The notes below the pieces were generated by a model that saw only the letters and a list, made by a program, of their open reading frames with translations, searched no databases and was not told the DNA's origin. This document shows positions 28,343 through 41,688 of a stretch of 64,000 nucleotides of DNA, one piece after another; position 1 is the stretch's first letter; each line of letters starts with the position of its first letter. The DNA is from Bigelowiella natans CCMP2755 (Eukaryota > Protista > Cercozoa): the NCBI GenBank assembly GCA_000320545.1, contig ADNK01000241.1, forward strand, positions 37,728 to 101,727, given 5' to 3'. The position numbers were made by a program, and so were the translations under genes.

Positions 28343-30590
28343 AGATCTATAGCATATTGACCGATCCCACTCGCAGCAGACGTGAATATACGAAGATGCC
28401 ATCATCATATTTATACACACACAAGATTCGACTCACTGCTACTACTTTACTACTACTACTCCTACTACTACTACTACTACTACTACCCTCTCACGGATGA
28501 GGTAATGGATCGGCCCACAGAGAGCGGTTGGCTCGTTTGGGGAAACCATTCCTTCGAAAGCAACAGGTCATTAGCGTGCTTATTCCCCCCCTTATGATCC
28601 TGACCCCTTTCTTTCACCATATTTATTGCTGGCGAGAGGATAGCGATGGAGGGAGCTGCTGCATGGTTGGTGATAGGAGAGGCTTTCTTAGATATAGAAG
28701 GGGAAGCGGAAGCGTCTTCGTCCGAAGCATTAGGCGCTGAGGCGGCTATTGCGACTGTTGCCTGTTCTTTCTTTCCTGAGCTATATTTGTCAAGTTGAAA
28801 TTGGTTCTTTTCTTCTTCTTCTCCTCCCCCGTCCCCTGTTGCGGCCTCGCGAGTTTCTGCTCTCTTCGTAGGGGCAGCATAGGCAGCAGCAGCTCCACTT
28901 GCGTCTCCCATTGCGATGTTGTGGCGGGGAGGCCCAACAGTATCGGCTGAATCTACTCCTTTCTCGTCGTCGTCGTCGTCGTCCTCAACTGGGGGAAGCT
29001 CTATAGCGAACGACGTGCTGCTGCTGCTGCTGCTGCTGAATATTGCCGCACGCGAGATGTCACATCGCACTTGGATGTGAAAACGCACATTACTAGCTGT
29101 ATGCACCACCATACTCAATGCACGCGTACGGGGAGTGTCACCGTGATCAGGGTTATCGACGTTCTCAGTAGGAGCTTCATCGTCTCCCCCCCTCCCCCCT
29201 CCCTGGCCTTTGTCGGAGATATCAATTGTTAATTTGGAGAGGCCTACGATCCGCGTACCTTGTTTCAGGCGGCTTCTTTCGTCACCTTTTAGCGCTGCTA
29301 CTCCCTTTTTATCCTTCTCGCCAGCTGTTAACTAATCGTGCAACAACCATACACGCATGATCATCGCAGAGGAAGGAATACAGGATTAGATATTCGGGAT
29401 CTGGAGGGAGAGAAAGATATCAAAGTGCCGCTAGCTTCATGGACAAGAAGATGCATGTCGCAGGCCAACAACCATCGCATTTTCCTTGTCATCATCATAT
29501 CTGAGACCCTGGAATTGCTACTACACCTACCGCTATTATTGCTACAGAAAACAAACCGCTACGACGCTACTATACAATAATGAGCCCGAGACCTTGCCAT
29601 CTTCTGGTCGAAGCGACGACTCGCTTTTGACAGCAGAAGATCTGCTAAAGCCTTCAAGCGTGGAAGCTATGTACCCACTCAGTAGCGATTGGGGAACAAG
29701 AGCTACTGGAAGCTGCTTGTCCGCGAGGCAACGTTGCTGCTGCGGCTCGGACTGACTTTCCTGCATACATCGAGCAAGAGGTGCCATTTGGGGTTATAAC
29801 AGTGACGACTACGAGTAACGGAGATTATGCACAAAAACGCTAGAGCTATTATCGTCGAAATTTAGAGGACGCGCGGCGCGCGTCTTTTTACCACAGCGTG
29901 TTGTTGTGAAGAGGTATGATTACTATTAGCAGAAAAATTGAAAAAAGCCAAAGGTGTTTGATGATGGCAACAAATCGCTACATAACAGGGCAAACAGTGC
30001 CGATACTAGAAGGCCTTTACTTACTTCCGGTAATCGCCAGATTCGAATGCTCTGCTGCGACCACGTCGCAATGTAGAGGTCCCCTGCTGCTCTGAGGCGG
30101 CGTTGGTTCTTGCTCTTGCCATCGCCACCGCTTCCTGGAGGATTGGGAGAGGGCGGCATGGACGAGAAAATATCCATGAATTATTTTAAAGATCGATGCG
30201 AATATACCTGGCTGTCATTGCTTAAGTGTAGTGCCGCCCAATCTAGCTAGCAATGCTACAAGCGTGATCTTGCTAGTAGATACTTTGATATAGTCAAAGT
30301 CTACTGCTACTGCTACGATGATGACCACCTGCTGCCGCTTCTCCTTCTCTGGCGTCGATGCACGACTCCCATCCTCTCACCCCCTAATATGATTTTATCG
30401 AAGTCATGACGCACGTACATACGGGGGTGTGTGAGCATGGGCGCGGGGAGAAATCTTGAGCATCGCCAATCGTGGAACGAAGACAGAAATTATCAGTATT
30501 TTCTTCGATAACACAGCTCGAGTGCCCTTGTATAAGCGTTATTCTTGCAACTACGAAGGCGACGAAGAGGATATATACGCAAAATCGAGT

Positions 30591-30629
<39 letters not shown>

Positions 30630-31294
30630 TTCCTCTCTCTTCTTCACCTTGTGGGGTAGGATATATCTGAGTCTTGCTGGGGATCTTGCAAACGCCGAGA
30701 TGGAATAAATGTACACACGTCCGTCTTCGACCATACCCACCTGAAGACCAAAACAGCAGCAGCAGCAACAGCAAGAAACAACATCAAGATACGCAGCGTT
30801 GATAGCATTGCATGCTAGGATTGATATGATGACGCCAGGAGGTACAAGCTCAAAAACGTGCCACGTTCAGAAACATAAATCACGCACATCGGTGAAGATA
30901 CTGCTGCTGCTGCTGCTGCTATTGCTGCTGTGCTCTCATTCGTGAAAGGGGTGAAAAAGAGGATACCAGCTCATGTATGCGCCTGCTGCTGCTGTTGCTG
31001 CTACGTGGTTGTAGCTCAGATTTGGGGGTGTACGCTGTGCGTATGTATTTTATGCGGGAAGGACGGCCATGGATTGGAGAGCAATAGCTCCACCTCAATT
31101 TGCGTCTATTCTCAAAGATAGAGATATTCCTCCGGAACGCAACGGACCTTTCAGATTTGGGATATCTGAGAGATTTGTTCCCCTCCCACCCCCCTTCTTG
31201 TCTCACCGACTTCTCCTCTTTTCCCACCGCTCCCTCCCCCTTGCAGCCTTCTGGCTAAATTCACTTCAGAAACCATGATGCATATCGAGGTGAT

Positions 31295-31328
<34 letters not shown>

Positions 31329-32245
31329 ATTTGTATATTACTTGAAGCCCGCCCAACTCTTCGTATGGAAGATATCTGTGATGTAACAATAATGGTGAGA
31401 AAGGTAATAGCTCATAAATGGTACGCAACTAGAATTGCTGACGCTGATAGTGGTGGTTATACTCTACGATCTACGTCGCATAGAGCAGAATACATCGCTT
31501 TATATAGTAGAGATAGAACAAGAGCGTTTCCGTGCCCCTCCCTCATCCCACCAATGGACAATGCATACCAATGATGCTGTTCTTTCAATATACAAAAATA
31601 TAAAACCGGGGCGAGAGGTATTTCCTACGATGCTGCTTCAATTTCAATACTATTATATTCTGGCAAGAGCAGGATTCCTGGTCTCACTACCCGGCTGCCC
31701 AAGATGCTCTTTTCTCATGATCCGATGCCTTATCAACGAATCGACAGCGCCCTTTGGAGATTCTTCCTTGCTGGTCTTCTTGCTTCTGCTTTTTGTCTTG
31801 CGAATGAACATGTGTCCATAGCACTCGGTGAGATGCTGAATGTACATTTCGGGAAGTTGTTGCGGCTGCGGGTGACCGAGTTCCGTTAAAATCCAACGCC
31901 ACCTCAAACTGCGTATTTACAACGACGACGAGGAGGAGAAGGGGGAAGAGGAGGAGGAGGACGCCCATAAAGGGTGTAAGGATACTGCAGCGATGATCTA
32001 AAGATAATGGTGTTGTTGATGACGATGGTGATTGGTAACGATGAAATTACTGCTGCTAGCTGCTTCCTTTACAATTTACGCGGACAGTGCACGCACACAT
32101 ATGCGATGCGATATCCATACCTTTTCCAGACGCACACGCCTAAGGCATCAACGGAGTCTCGCCAGCCTTTGCAAACCCTAGTGTCCAGTGCGAGCAAAAC
32201 GACAAAATTGTTGATAACATTGAACAACCCTCTTAAAACAACATG

Positions 32246-32280
<35 letters not shown>

Positions 32281-33304
32281 GAATGGTGTCTGGAATAGAA
32301 CTATTACGATCCGGTTGTGCAGACACTCTGCTGCCCTACCGCAGGAGGAGATTTGTAGAGTGCATTATTCAAATTTGTCGGTAGTACAACTCAGTAATAT
32401 TGGTGATATTCATCGAAAGATTCCACATCACCTCCTTAGCAGGAAAGCATCCCGCGGTCTTAGAATCTGTACAACACTGCCCATGATGGAGCTTGGCAAC
32501 CGACTTGACACGAACCTGCAGCCGGTCAATATTTGAACCACGAACACTGCGCCTCATGCATTTCCAAACAAGAGAGAAGAAGTACCATTTGAATATCTAT
32601 GTTTCTCCTTACTTATTGAGGAGTCTTTCCAGGCATTCGATCGTTAATTTGAGGGGGGGGGGGTCCATCGGGCTTATATTATGCAGGAAAATATTCATGA
32701 AATATGTAAATTTACGCACTCGCCGAACTGGGACGGATCGGTGACTTCTCTACCATCCGGAGATATAGAAATGACCGGCGCATTTTTCAGTCGAATCGGG
32801 TTTTTATTCAGCTCTTCCTGCTCCTTTTTACGCCTTTTGAGCAGTGTATCTAGATCTATCAAAGAGTCTGAATCGTTGGCCACCTCTTTCGTCGCCTCAA
32901 AACAGAGCTGTCAACGATAAATATGAAAAGAAAGAGGAATCATCACTACGTTGTCGGCGCTACCTATCTGTATTCGAGCTGGCTATTTGTTTGGTGGCCG
33001 CTACCGATGAAACTTTGGCAGACTCCCACTCCTGAGACCCACCGTAGTACTCCTCGAACTGCGCCTTACTGTATGCCTTCCCGTCTGATGGATAATGAAA
33101 ATGAGTATACATATTTAATCCATGTGTCTCCGTGTGTGTGCCGAGCACGCTTGTTCTCGTATGTAGAGCACCATTTGGATCGACTCTCAGCTCTTCAGTT
33201 GCGTCCTCATAGCCGCAACCATAGCCATCTTCTTCCTCTTCTTCCTCATAGTAATCATCTAGCGCATCATTGACGATATCCTGCAAGCGCTGCCTGCCAG
33301 ACAT
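24492..33304 (-). CDS. Large multi-exon F-box-like protein with WD40-like segments and a LamG/ConA-like domain; 3' exons uncertain, could be more than one gene
   Basis: Start MSGRQRLQDIV at 33304. ILRPRDAFLLRR|VCKGWRDSVDALGVCVWK resembles the end of an F-box. DGRVYIYSI and LYIATWSQQSIRIWRL are WD40-like strands. KKWSHVMIG and RLRSVQILPRKLSKEEMKAI are LamG-like. GT-AG bounded exons occur throughout on the minus strand. Confidence 0.55.
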
Positions 33305-33683
33305 GAACAGGGCTCGGAACTGGAACGTTCGGGCTGAAGTGAGGGTATATTTCAGACTCTTCGGCCTCCCAAAAATAATGCGTTGATCGTGGAAATGGTC
33401 TGTATAATATAGATACGACAATGATACTTTTCCGGTTGCGTTTAATATAGGTTACCTAGGATTACCGGTAGCAAAAGAAGAGAATCCAGAGAATTTATTG
33501 GAAGCGACCACAACCATCATCCTACGACAGGATGCACAAATTTGTCGTAGGCCAGTGAGGACCACACCACGATTCGATTCAATAAATTGCCAAAATCTTC
33601 TTGTCGCATGGATGGAATCCCAATCTGATCTTATTGGGGAGAGCATTTCTCTGATTTTTCAAATGGTTTGAAATTGGGGAGGG
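33305..33683. promoter_or_regulatory. Short bidirectional promoter region
   Basis: About 380 nt, AT-richer and SSR-free, between divergent ATGs at 33304 (-) and 33684 (+). Confidence 0.55.
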
Positions 33684-34793
33684 ATGGTGGCCGGCACTCT
33701 GGCCCTTTTCACCATCCTCCTGGCAGGTTGCGGGGGAGGGTTGCGCTGTGTGAAAGCGTTTCGTTTAAAAACCAACGCCAAGGTTGAATCAGAGATGGGT
33801 ACTGAGTACGTTATAGGCAAGAGGATGCTGTTCGAGGCATTACCTGATCTTCCTGATGAGGAGGGCGTAGGTCTCTTCAGAAGGGCATCTGAAAGACCGG
33901 ATGTTGAAGACCCTTGCCTGTTCTACTTCAACCCGAACAAAACTGTATTAAATGGAGACCAGGTTGGATTTGACCTTGAGCTGCTGAGCGAGGTTTCGCA
34001 ATGGTGGTCTACAAATACGCTGACGCAGGACCCTCAGGTCGATATTGCTTCCCGTTGTTGCTTGCTGCCATTTGTCGTGCTTTCATAACTTCCAAATATC
34101 ATTACTCTTGTTTTGCGCAGATTAACTATAGATTTTTAACGAGGTTGAGCACAGCGATCAACCCGCGACTGTGTTCCTGGAATAATCAAGAGAACTTCGA
34201 TTTGAACGTACACAACGGTACGTAGTAGAGCAAACAGCAGCCCATGTATCATCGGCATGGAAAAGGAACTTCACACTGTATATAATACAAAAGGTGACTC
34301 CCTGGGTTCAATCGACAAGTTCCCGCTTCTACCCCAGTATAATATGCCAACCGTTTTCTGCGCATTCGAGGTAAGCACATCCCGCAGCCCGCCCTATCAT
34401 CATCATCTCCGGAGTATTATGACGACTATAACAACAGTGAACTTTGATCTTCAGGACAAGATAGCAAAGACTTACCGAATCGGTGATGCCGTAAAGTCGT
34501 ATCCACTCTATGGCCCACAGGGGCATTACATCGCCGACCACACAACCTCGGAATGGAGTCCTCTATGCGGCCAGCCAGGTAAATTGGATCGACCTCTTTT
34601 CCCTTCTTATTACCCATACTGAGAAATTGCTGTACGTATTGGCCTAGATTTCTTCGATGCTGGAACGCTACTCTACTTTTCTGGGGATATCGAGGTGGGC
34701 AGCAGGGTGCTGACATGTGAAGAGGCCCGAAGTCCCAAACGGAAAATGGTGAATCTTTTCGAGATGAGATGCAGTTATGAGGACAACTTATGA
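33684..34793 (+). CDS. Putative secreted hypothetical protein, 5 exons
   Basis: Hydrophobic leader MVAGTLALFTILLAGCGGG. Four GT-AG introns join in phase (QDPQ|INYR, VHN|GDSL, CAFE|DKIA, GQP|DFFD) to a TGA at 34793. Confidence 0.7.
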
Positions 34794-34925
34794 GGACAAC
34801 TAGTCACCTCCGCAATGATGATCCGAGCGAAGGCTTCACCGCCAATTTTTGAATGATTGGACGCATGCTTGCCCAGTGAAAGAGGCATTGTGTATGTACA
34901 TGAACTAAAATCTATCCGGGCAATT

Positions 34926-35005
34926 ATTGTAGTGCTGCTTAATATTTAGTATTGCTAATTTGATATGAGACGGATTGTAGTGCTGCTTAATGTTTAGTAC
35001 TGCTA
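34926..35005. repeat. 32-bp imperfect direct repeat (34926-34957 and 34974-35005)
   Basis: attgtagtgctgcttaat(a/g)tttagta(t/c)tgcta, two mismatches. Confidence 0.85.
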
Positions 35006-35051
35006 TATATGCTGCGATGCACATGTATTACATGCAATTACTTTGACACAC

Positions 35052-35118
<67 letters not shown>

Positions 35119-35148
35119 TAAGCGGTGCGCACCGTGCGGTAAATATAC

Positions 35149-35185
<37 letters not shown>

Positions 35186-35502
35186 CGGGCGCCAATATAT
35201 CTAGGCATGCGTACACGTGAAAATAGGCCACCGTCTTTACAATGCCCGTCTCAATGATGCCCTGCTGCTGTTCTGCGTTCGCCGACCATATAGCTATATA
35301 TTTATCAACATGATGCTTCCTTGCAATAAGCTAGGAGTAATCATTCGTGGGAGATGACAGAACGCATGAGCATGCGGTATGCCCGCAAACACGCGTGTTA
35401 GCAGATACGATGCTTCTTGCAGATAGCTGCGAAAACAGAAGTCAGCGCGTGCTTAGTCTTGAAAAGTCCAGCCGTCCAAGGGAGGAAGTTGGAGCACAGC
35501 AC

Positions 35503-37569
35503 CTACATTCCCCCCGGAACCGCGGGAACTTTGGCGTTGCTAGTGTTGACTGTACCGAACAATGGAATCGGACGGCTGTTATGACTCCTTCCATTATGAA
35601 TAGGCTTGACGTCCGAGATTGAGATGTCATCCATTTTCATGTCAGATTTGTGCTGATACGAGCTTCGGCGTTGCTGGAGCACAGAAATTGGGTTTATGAT
35701 CCCAGGCTTTATTCGCCGCTTTGCTGAGTTGGGAGCGCCAACCGTAGGAATAGACGCTTTGATGTCCTTCATCTTTCGAGCCGACCATCGTCTTATCTGC
35801 ATTGCACGGTCATGATTAGCCCAATATAAAGAAGAAGAAAGTAATTATGGCACCTCTTGGAACATGTTCGAGCCGACCCATCCTAGTGTCCTTCGTCCCT
35901 CCCTCTGAGGCGAGAGTAGATGCTAGGTAGGAGGGAAATATAGACAGTATATAAGGAGCACAGGATACGCTAGTAGTAGTGTCCTCAGAAGAAGTATCAC
36001 CTGAACGCTTTCCATCTGCGTCGCCTCAAGCTTGCCCTCCACGCGATAGAGAATTGCCATAAGTTCCATAACCATGAGGATCAGAAGGATCACACAGGAT
36101 ACGACCAAAGACGTAGACACATCTGTGATGGGTCTATATCCCATGTGTCGAGCGACCACGCGAGCATCGGAAAGGATACAAGAGTAGAAACTACGGCATG
36201 ATCTCTCCCAATAGCTTGGGAGAGCCTTTTCTAGGGTGTGCAAGAGTGCACCGGATAAGTCCCTGTTTGCGCATATAGAAGTGGTATGAATTAAAGAATC
36301 AGACTCGTAACAGCGATACCAAATGCATGTCGATCAGAGTTTGGTACCTATATCTTTGAGTCGAGCTATGGATCTATCTAATACGAATTAAACTAGACGT
36401 CGATTTATATTCTCGCAACCTTACCAAAATGTGAAGCACATTCGAGAGAGCCATTGCACGGCGGGAGGAAACTTTCGCACCGGAACGACAAGCCCCCCGA
36501 GGAGGAATCCAAGAAAGAGCATTGCGCAAAAAATGTGCAAGAATGAGTCAATATCACCATCGAAGATGACGCATAAAAGGCGGCCTAGCTGGCTGATGGT
36601 TGCGAGGTAAAGAACGGTGAAGAGGAAGAGAATCGGAACGGATTCTATATCCCAGCCTATGGAAGAATATAACATGCATTGTTCGATCAAGTTTTTCCCT
36701 TCCTAACGTGTCCTTTAATCATACTGTGCGTGCTGGCTGCCGTCTACGCACCTAAAATCGCGGGCCCCATCGAAAGGCCAACCATCACTCCTATAGCAGG
36801 GGTGACGTGTGTTTGTACCAACCCGGCAGCAAAATATGCTGAGGGTGCAATCTGAGGGTAGGAGGGAAAGAAACTGAGACAATTTCACACGCTCCACTTG
36901 AAGGGACCGTACCCTTCTGTCCGAAAGCTCCCACCGATGGGTGTTCCAGAAGTGAGCCGCCTCATGAATCTTGTAGATGAAGATCGTTGGAATCGCTGCT
37001 ACAAAAAAGCACGTGGCGAGCACAATTTGCGAGAGACTCTGATAGTCAGCAAGGAAGATGAGCGCGGCAATGAGGTACGCGACCGTGGCAAATAAAACGT
37101 CTTTCAATCCCCAGCCGCTCTCGATATGCATCCGTTGCAGGAGGTAAATGGTTTGGAATCTGGGAAATCTCGCCATCTCTCGTGGTCCAGTAGGTAGGCT
37201 GGAGGCAGAAGTTTCGAAAAGCATCTCTGCCTTCAGGGACTGATTATCCATCAACAATGTGCGACGCATCGTATCAATCAAGACTCGATGGCACGAAACA
37301 CTTTGAAAGTATATGAGGGGAGATGACCTTAATTCGAGTCAGGTTTGGCCGGAAATACGACTTTTTCTCACGTAGCGATAGCATTCTGCTGTCGTTACCC
37401 CTGGGTCCAGTTACTTCATCTGTGCTCTCGTTCAAGATTGCGTGGAGCTCATTTCCAAGATTCTCATCACCCCTCGGCCAATTCTTCTGAGGAACGATGT
37501 TTTGACAGTTCGAAGCACATATTTCAGGATTCTATTTAAATTATTCCAAACATCTGAAAGTCTCTCACA

Positions 37570-37607
<38 letters not shown>

Positions 37608-40600
37608 CTACCTGGACGCTACCGCGAAAGATAAACCGGCCCTCTTTGAGCACCAACAGGCTATCAAAACAGCGCAAAACCTCCGTGGTAGGCTGATGAA
37701 TCGTAACCAAAATGTGGCAACCCTGGTCTCGGGCAACACTTTGAAGAAATTTGGAGATTTCTTTGGAGGAAACACTATCTAATCCACTGAGCGGCTCGTC
37801 AAGATATAAGAGCTTGGGCTGTGTCATGAGCAATGAGGCCAAAGCTACGCGGCGTTGCTGCCCTCCACTCAAGTACCGCATTGGAGTCTCTTGGAACGAT
37901 TCTACATATTTGAGAACCTGCTTCATATGTGTTTTAGGAGCTCCTGACAGCTTACGACTGAAGTAGAGGAATTGTTTTGGCGTGAGATTTTTGAACATTC
38001 CGTCATCGTGCTGCCGGAGAAATCCTGTAAGAAAAATCAGAATCAGATTTGAGTGTAGCGCCAAAGACACGCAAGGTGACGTGTAGAGCAACATAAATTT
38101 CCGCATCCAGATGCATGTAGACAAGATGATTCAGGAAAGGAAAATGAACCCCAGGGAGTTTCCTGCAGGAGCCCGACAGTGCGATCTTTTCCTTTGGAGT
38201 CAAACCCAAAACAAAGTAGCCCATCCAATTGCCCTATGCCACGAAGGAGGAGAACAACACGCGTGGCAATCAAACCAAATACTTCTGGATCCGGCAAAGA
38301 AATATCCCTTCCCCACCAGACACATTCTTTCTACAGTGCAGAGTATCATGTGGGTATTTGATACAATGCAATAAACATCCTTAAAACCCCGCTGCTGTGT
38401 ACCAGTTAACGTGCGCATCAGCGTGGATTTGCCACTGCCTGACATGCCAGCGAGCGCCGTGACTCTCCCCTCCTCCATCTTAAAACTAACGTGCTTCAGC
38501 AGAAACTTGTTCGATTCTCTGTGCCAAACAAAGAGACGCTCGATGTTCAGAATGAGCTTGGGAGGCAGCACTGAAGAAGGCGGGATGCGACGAGTCTTCA
38601 ACCCTAACATCCAAAGATACAAGCTTATGGCAAAGACTTTCTCGAAAGGATGAATTGTCACAAATGCAGTTCAGCAGAGCGCTATGTTTTTTACCAAAAG
38701 GCTTTTCCTTCTCATCACTGTGATCACCAGCGGCGAGTTGCATAGTCCTCCCTCGTTGATACTCACCGCCGTTGTGACCGAGCGAGATAGTTGGCGACAC
38801 ACGGGACTCCACGTTGACAGGCAAGCTGAGAAATTAAAAATAACAATGCCGGTCGAAGAATTAAGATCTGGGCACTTTGATGCTGCTCCTTCTGAAAGCA
38901 TTCTCCATAACCTGTCGTTAGGTTGGCTTCTCGCATAGAAGCACCTCCCTTTAGTCACATACTCAAATCGTAGCAAGTAACAGCCCAGTGACGTGACCAC
39001 AAAGCCTATGATAAGACCGAACACGGCTCCTTCTGGCAATGAGCCTGGAATAAATTTGAAACCACCTTTTTAATGGGTGACGCTGATGCGACGTGGAAAG
39101 GTTCTCTTGCGTGGATCGAGTTTTTCGCATGGTTCATGCCATTGTCACCGCGGTCTGTGCCCCATTTGTATTCCTCGCCCTTGGGTACCTAGCTCATCGT
39201 CGAGTTGGAAGTAATTCTGGCATGAGCTGACCGCATCCTTTCCTTCCATGCAGTTTGCTCCTCTACACTCATCCTCGAATTTTATAACAGCCTGTTGGTG
39301 TGTATTTATATGAAGTGTGATATATGCAACCTTAACATTGGACAGAAGATGCTTACTGAATCGTCTCCTGTAATTGAGGCGAGAGGGGAGGCTGGAGTAC
39401 CGACGGTACCGGTGGCAGAGATGAAATCACCTATCCAGTTGCGAATGGCGACACCTTTAAGGTGTACATCATCCCATGGTGGATCGAGTACTTTCAGGCC
39501 AAGTCCCCATTCTAGATTTAACCTGCAGCATCCACACAATTACATCACGCACACAAACACTTTGCTTAACCCCCCCCCCCATCCCTCCTTGCTCCTCCTT
39601 TCTCCCTCTCTCCCTTACTAACACGCAACCACACAAACACTCTTGATTGCAATCTCTGTGTAGAAATTTTCATTCATAAATTGAAATACAGATGCCGCAT
39701 CCACATATCTCACTGCATGAATGTGTCGGCAAAGAGGAAGAGCACGAAAACGAGCACCTGTAGCCTAACAGCAGACGGTCTTCATCGCACAGAAAACTTA
39801 GTCCAGAGAGCGACTCTTCACAGTATGTGGTGGTGAGGCCTTTGGATGGCTGCAGGAACGAGTGGGCAGCGCATGATAGCACCATCCATATAACCTTTCC
39901 TGCTCCGTAGCTGTTCCCCCTACTACCTGCAGCCGTGCTGCCATTCGCCTTCGTATTGAGCCATGCGACCGTGTCAGCGATCGCGTCCTTCCTCCTCCCC
40001 GCCAGTTCTGATGCTTCTGCGACCGTTTCTTCACTGTTTGAGTCTTCCGAATGGATATCAAGCATTAGAAGGGTGTAGAGAGTATCATACGCGCTATTGA
40101 TTAGGAGCAGTCGCTCGTCTCGTCCAGGAGTGCTATTCTCTTCGACCCATTCGGAGATAAAGACATTTTCCTGCAACAAGCAGTGAGTGGAAAGGCAGCA
40201 GGGGGGTAGCTGAGCGTTGGAATCCACGTGATCGAAGCACAAAGGATGTTGCGTTCGATCTACGTACTGAACAAGAGATGTCGTGTTGTATGAATCACGC
40301 AGCTGCTCCACGTTTCCCATCATTGAATCTACGACTACACGAAGACGGCTTGCATTGAGACGCCGTGAGTAATTTACGATAATCTCAAAGTGGTTTAAGA
40401 TGCCAATTGCCCCTGCACTAGCTCCTGCCACCGCCAGGGTTTCCACATAGATGCCCTGTGCCTCCATCACTTCTGCGAAATACGACAAACTTTCGTTGAA
40501 GTGAGAGTCGCCTGTCCAGTAAACGCCAATGCTCGCATCGATAGAGGAACCTAAATAAGCGTCTTGCGTACAGTATGGCACCAGCCAATGGTTATATTCA

Positions 40601-41172
40601 GAGAAAAAGTCTGGATTCTCGTCAGAATCAGTCGAAAGTAGAGAGTATCCTCGGACTGTTTCAGGAAAGTTCTTGCTGCTAAAGAGCTCCGAATGACTGT
40701 CGCGAAGATCGTTGCAGGAATCCATATCAAAGCACGCACTTCCACCTTTTTCAGTCCGTGTTAGATTCAAAGGAAAGAAAAATGATTGGTGGTGTATTAT
40801 GATATCAGATATAGAAAAAGAAAAACTATCATCCGGGTATTTTTCACACACTCTGACAGCGATAATTCATACCAAGTCTAATGCTTCTCTCTCTCACACG
40901 GATGGTAGATATTTAATTAAAGCGACCATATTTTGATGAATCAAATAGATACCTTGGAAATGTATAATGTGGTTGCTTTGAATATGGTTAAAATTAGAAC
41001 CGGCATCGTGATATAATACTGCACTGGTTCCATCCCCACAGCGTGCGTTTGGTAAATTAACTCGCGATAAATACGAATCTTGGCCGTGAACTTCACTCGC
41101 CTGCTTACTGAGAACAATCCAAAATCCGATATATCTGGCAATCATAGGGAGGCACTCCGCTATACGTCCCAT
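35503..41172 (-). CDS. Pectin acetylesterase/Notum-family esterase fused via a TM helix to an ABCG half-transporter (NBD-TMD)
   Basis: Esterase motifs: ARCGDGTSAVLY, HIIHFQ|GGSACFD, LLSTDSDENPDFFSEYNHWLVPYC, GASAG, NSAYD, CAAHS. TM helix: GAVFGLIIGFVVTSLGCYLL. NBD motifs: Walker A GMSGSGKST, signature LSGGQQRR, Walker B LLYLDEP, H-loop TIHQP. ABC2 membrane segment: FLLGGLVVPVRKFPPAVQWLSRMCFTFW. All six introns between the ATG and Walker A are phase-compatible. Confidence 0.88.
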
Positions 41173-41688
41173 CTTCTCTTTCCACTAGGTCACAACACAA
41201 GGCAGCAAATGAGGCCTAGACACACAAATTCACAGCTTTCATTAGAAACCCCTGCTTGAAACTGAGGGGTACAAAGAGTAGTGGAAGGGACAGAAGTTTT
41301 TTGATGTAGATCTATGCTTGTATTCTCCCGGTAGTCGACGGGGTCCAGAGAAGTCACCGTTTCCCCAAGAAACGTGACACATGATGGAGGCTGTTTGGAG
41401 GTGGGCGTTGAGGAAGTAACTGCAGAAGTAATTGAAATATCTGCGGCCAACAAGAATCACATGAGGTTCAGCTTCTGCGACAACCTAGCAGCTGCAGATT
41501 AACTGTAATCTAGGTAAGTCGACTTCAATTGGTTGTCGTCGATTGAAAATCCAGACTTTTCTGGGTCACTAAGCGAAGGGTTTTGGATTTTTAGAGTGCG
41601 ACAAAGGTAAATACTGGAAAATTGGTAATTTTGTAGGCCATAAACTCAGGTGTAACGCCACACCGTCGGCAGAACACGAAAGGCCAGG
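41173..41688. promoter_or_regulatory. Bidirectional promoter/5' UTR region
   Basis: Lies between divergent ATGs at 41172 (-) and 41689 (+). Confidence 0.45.
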
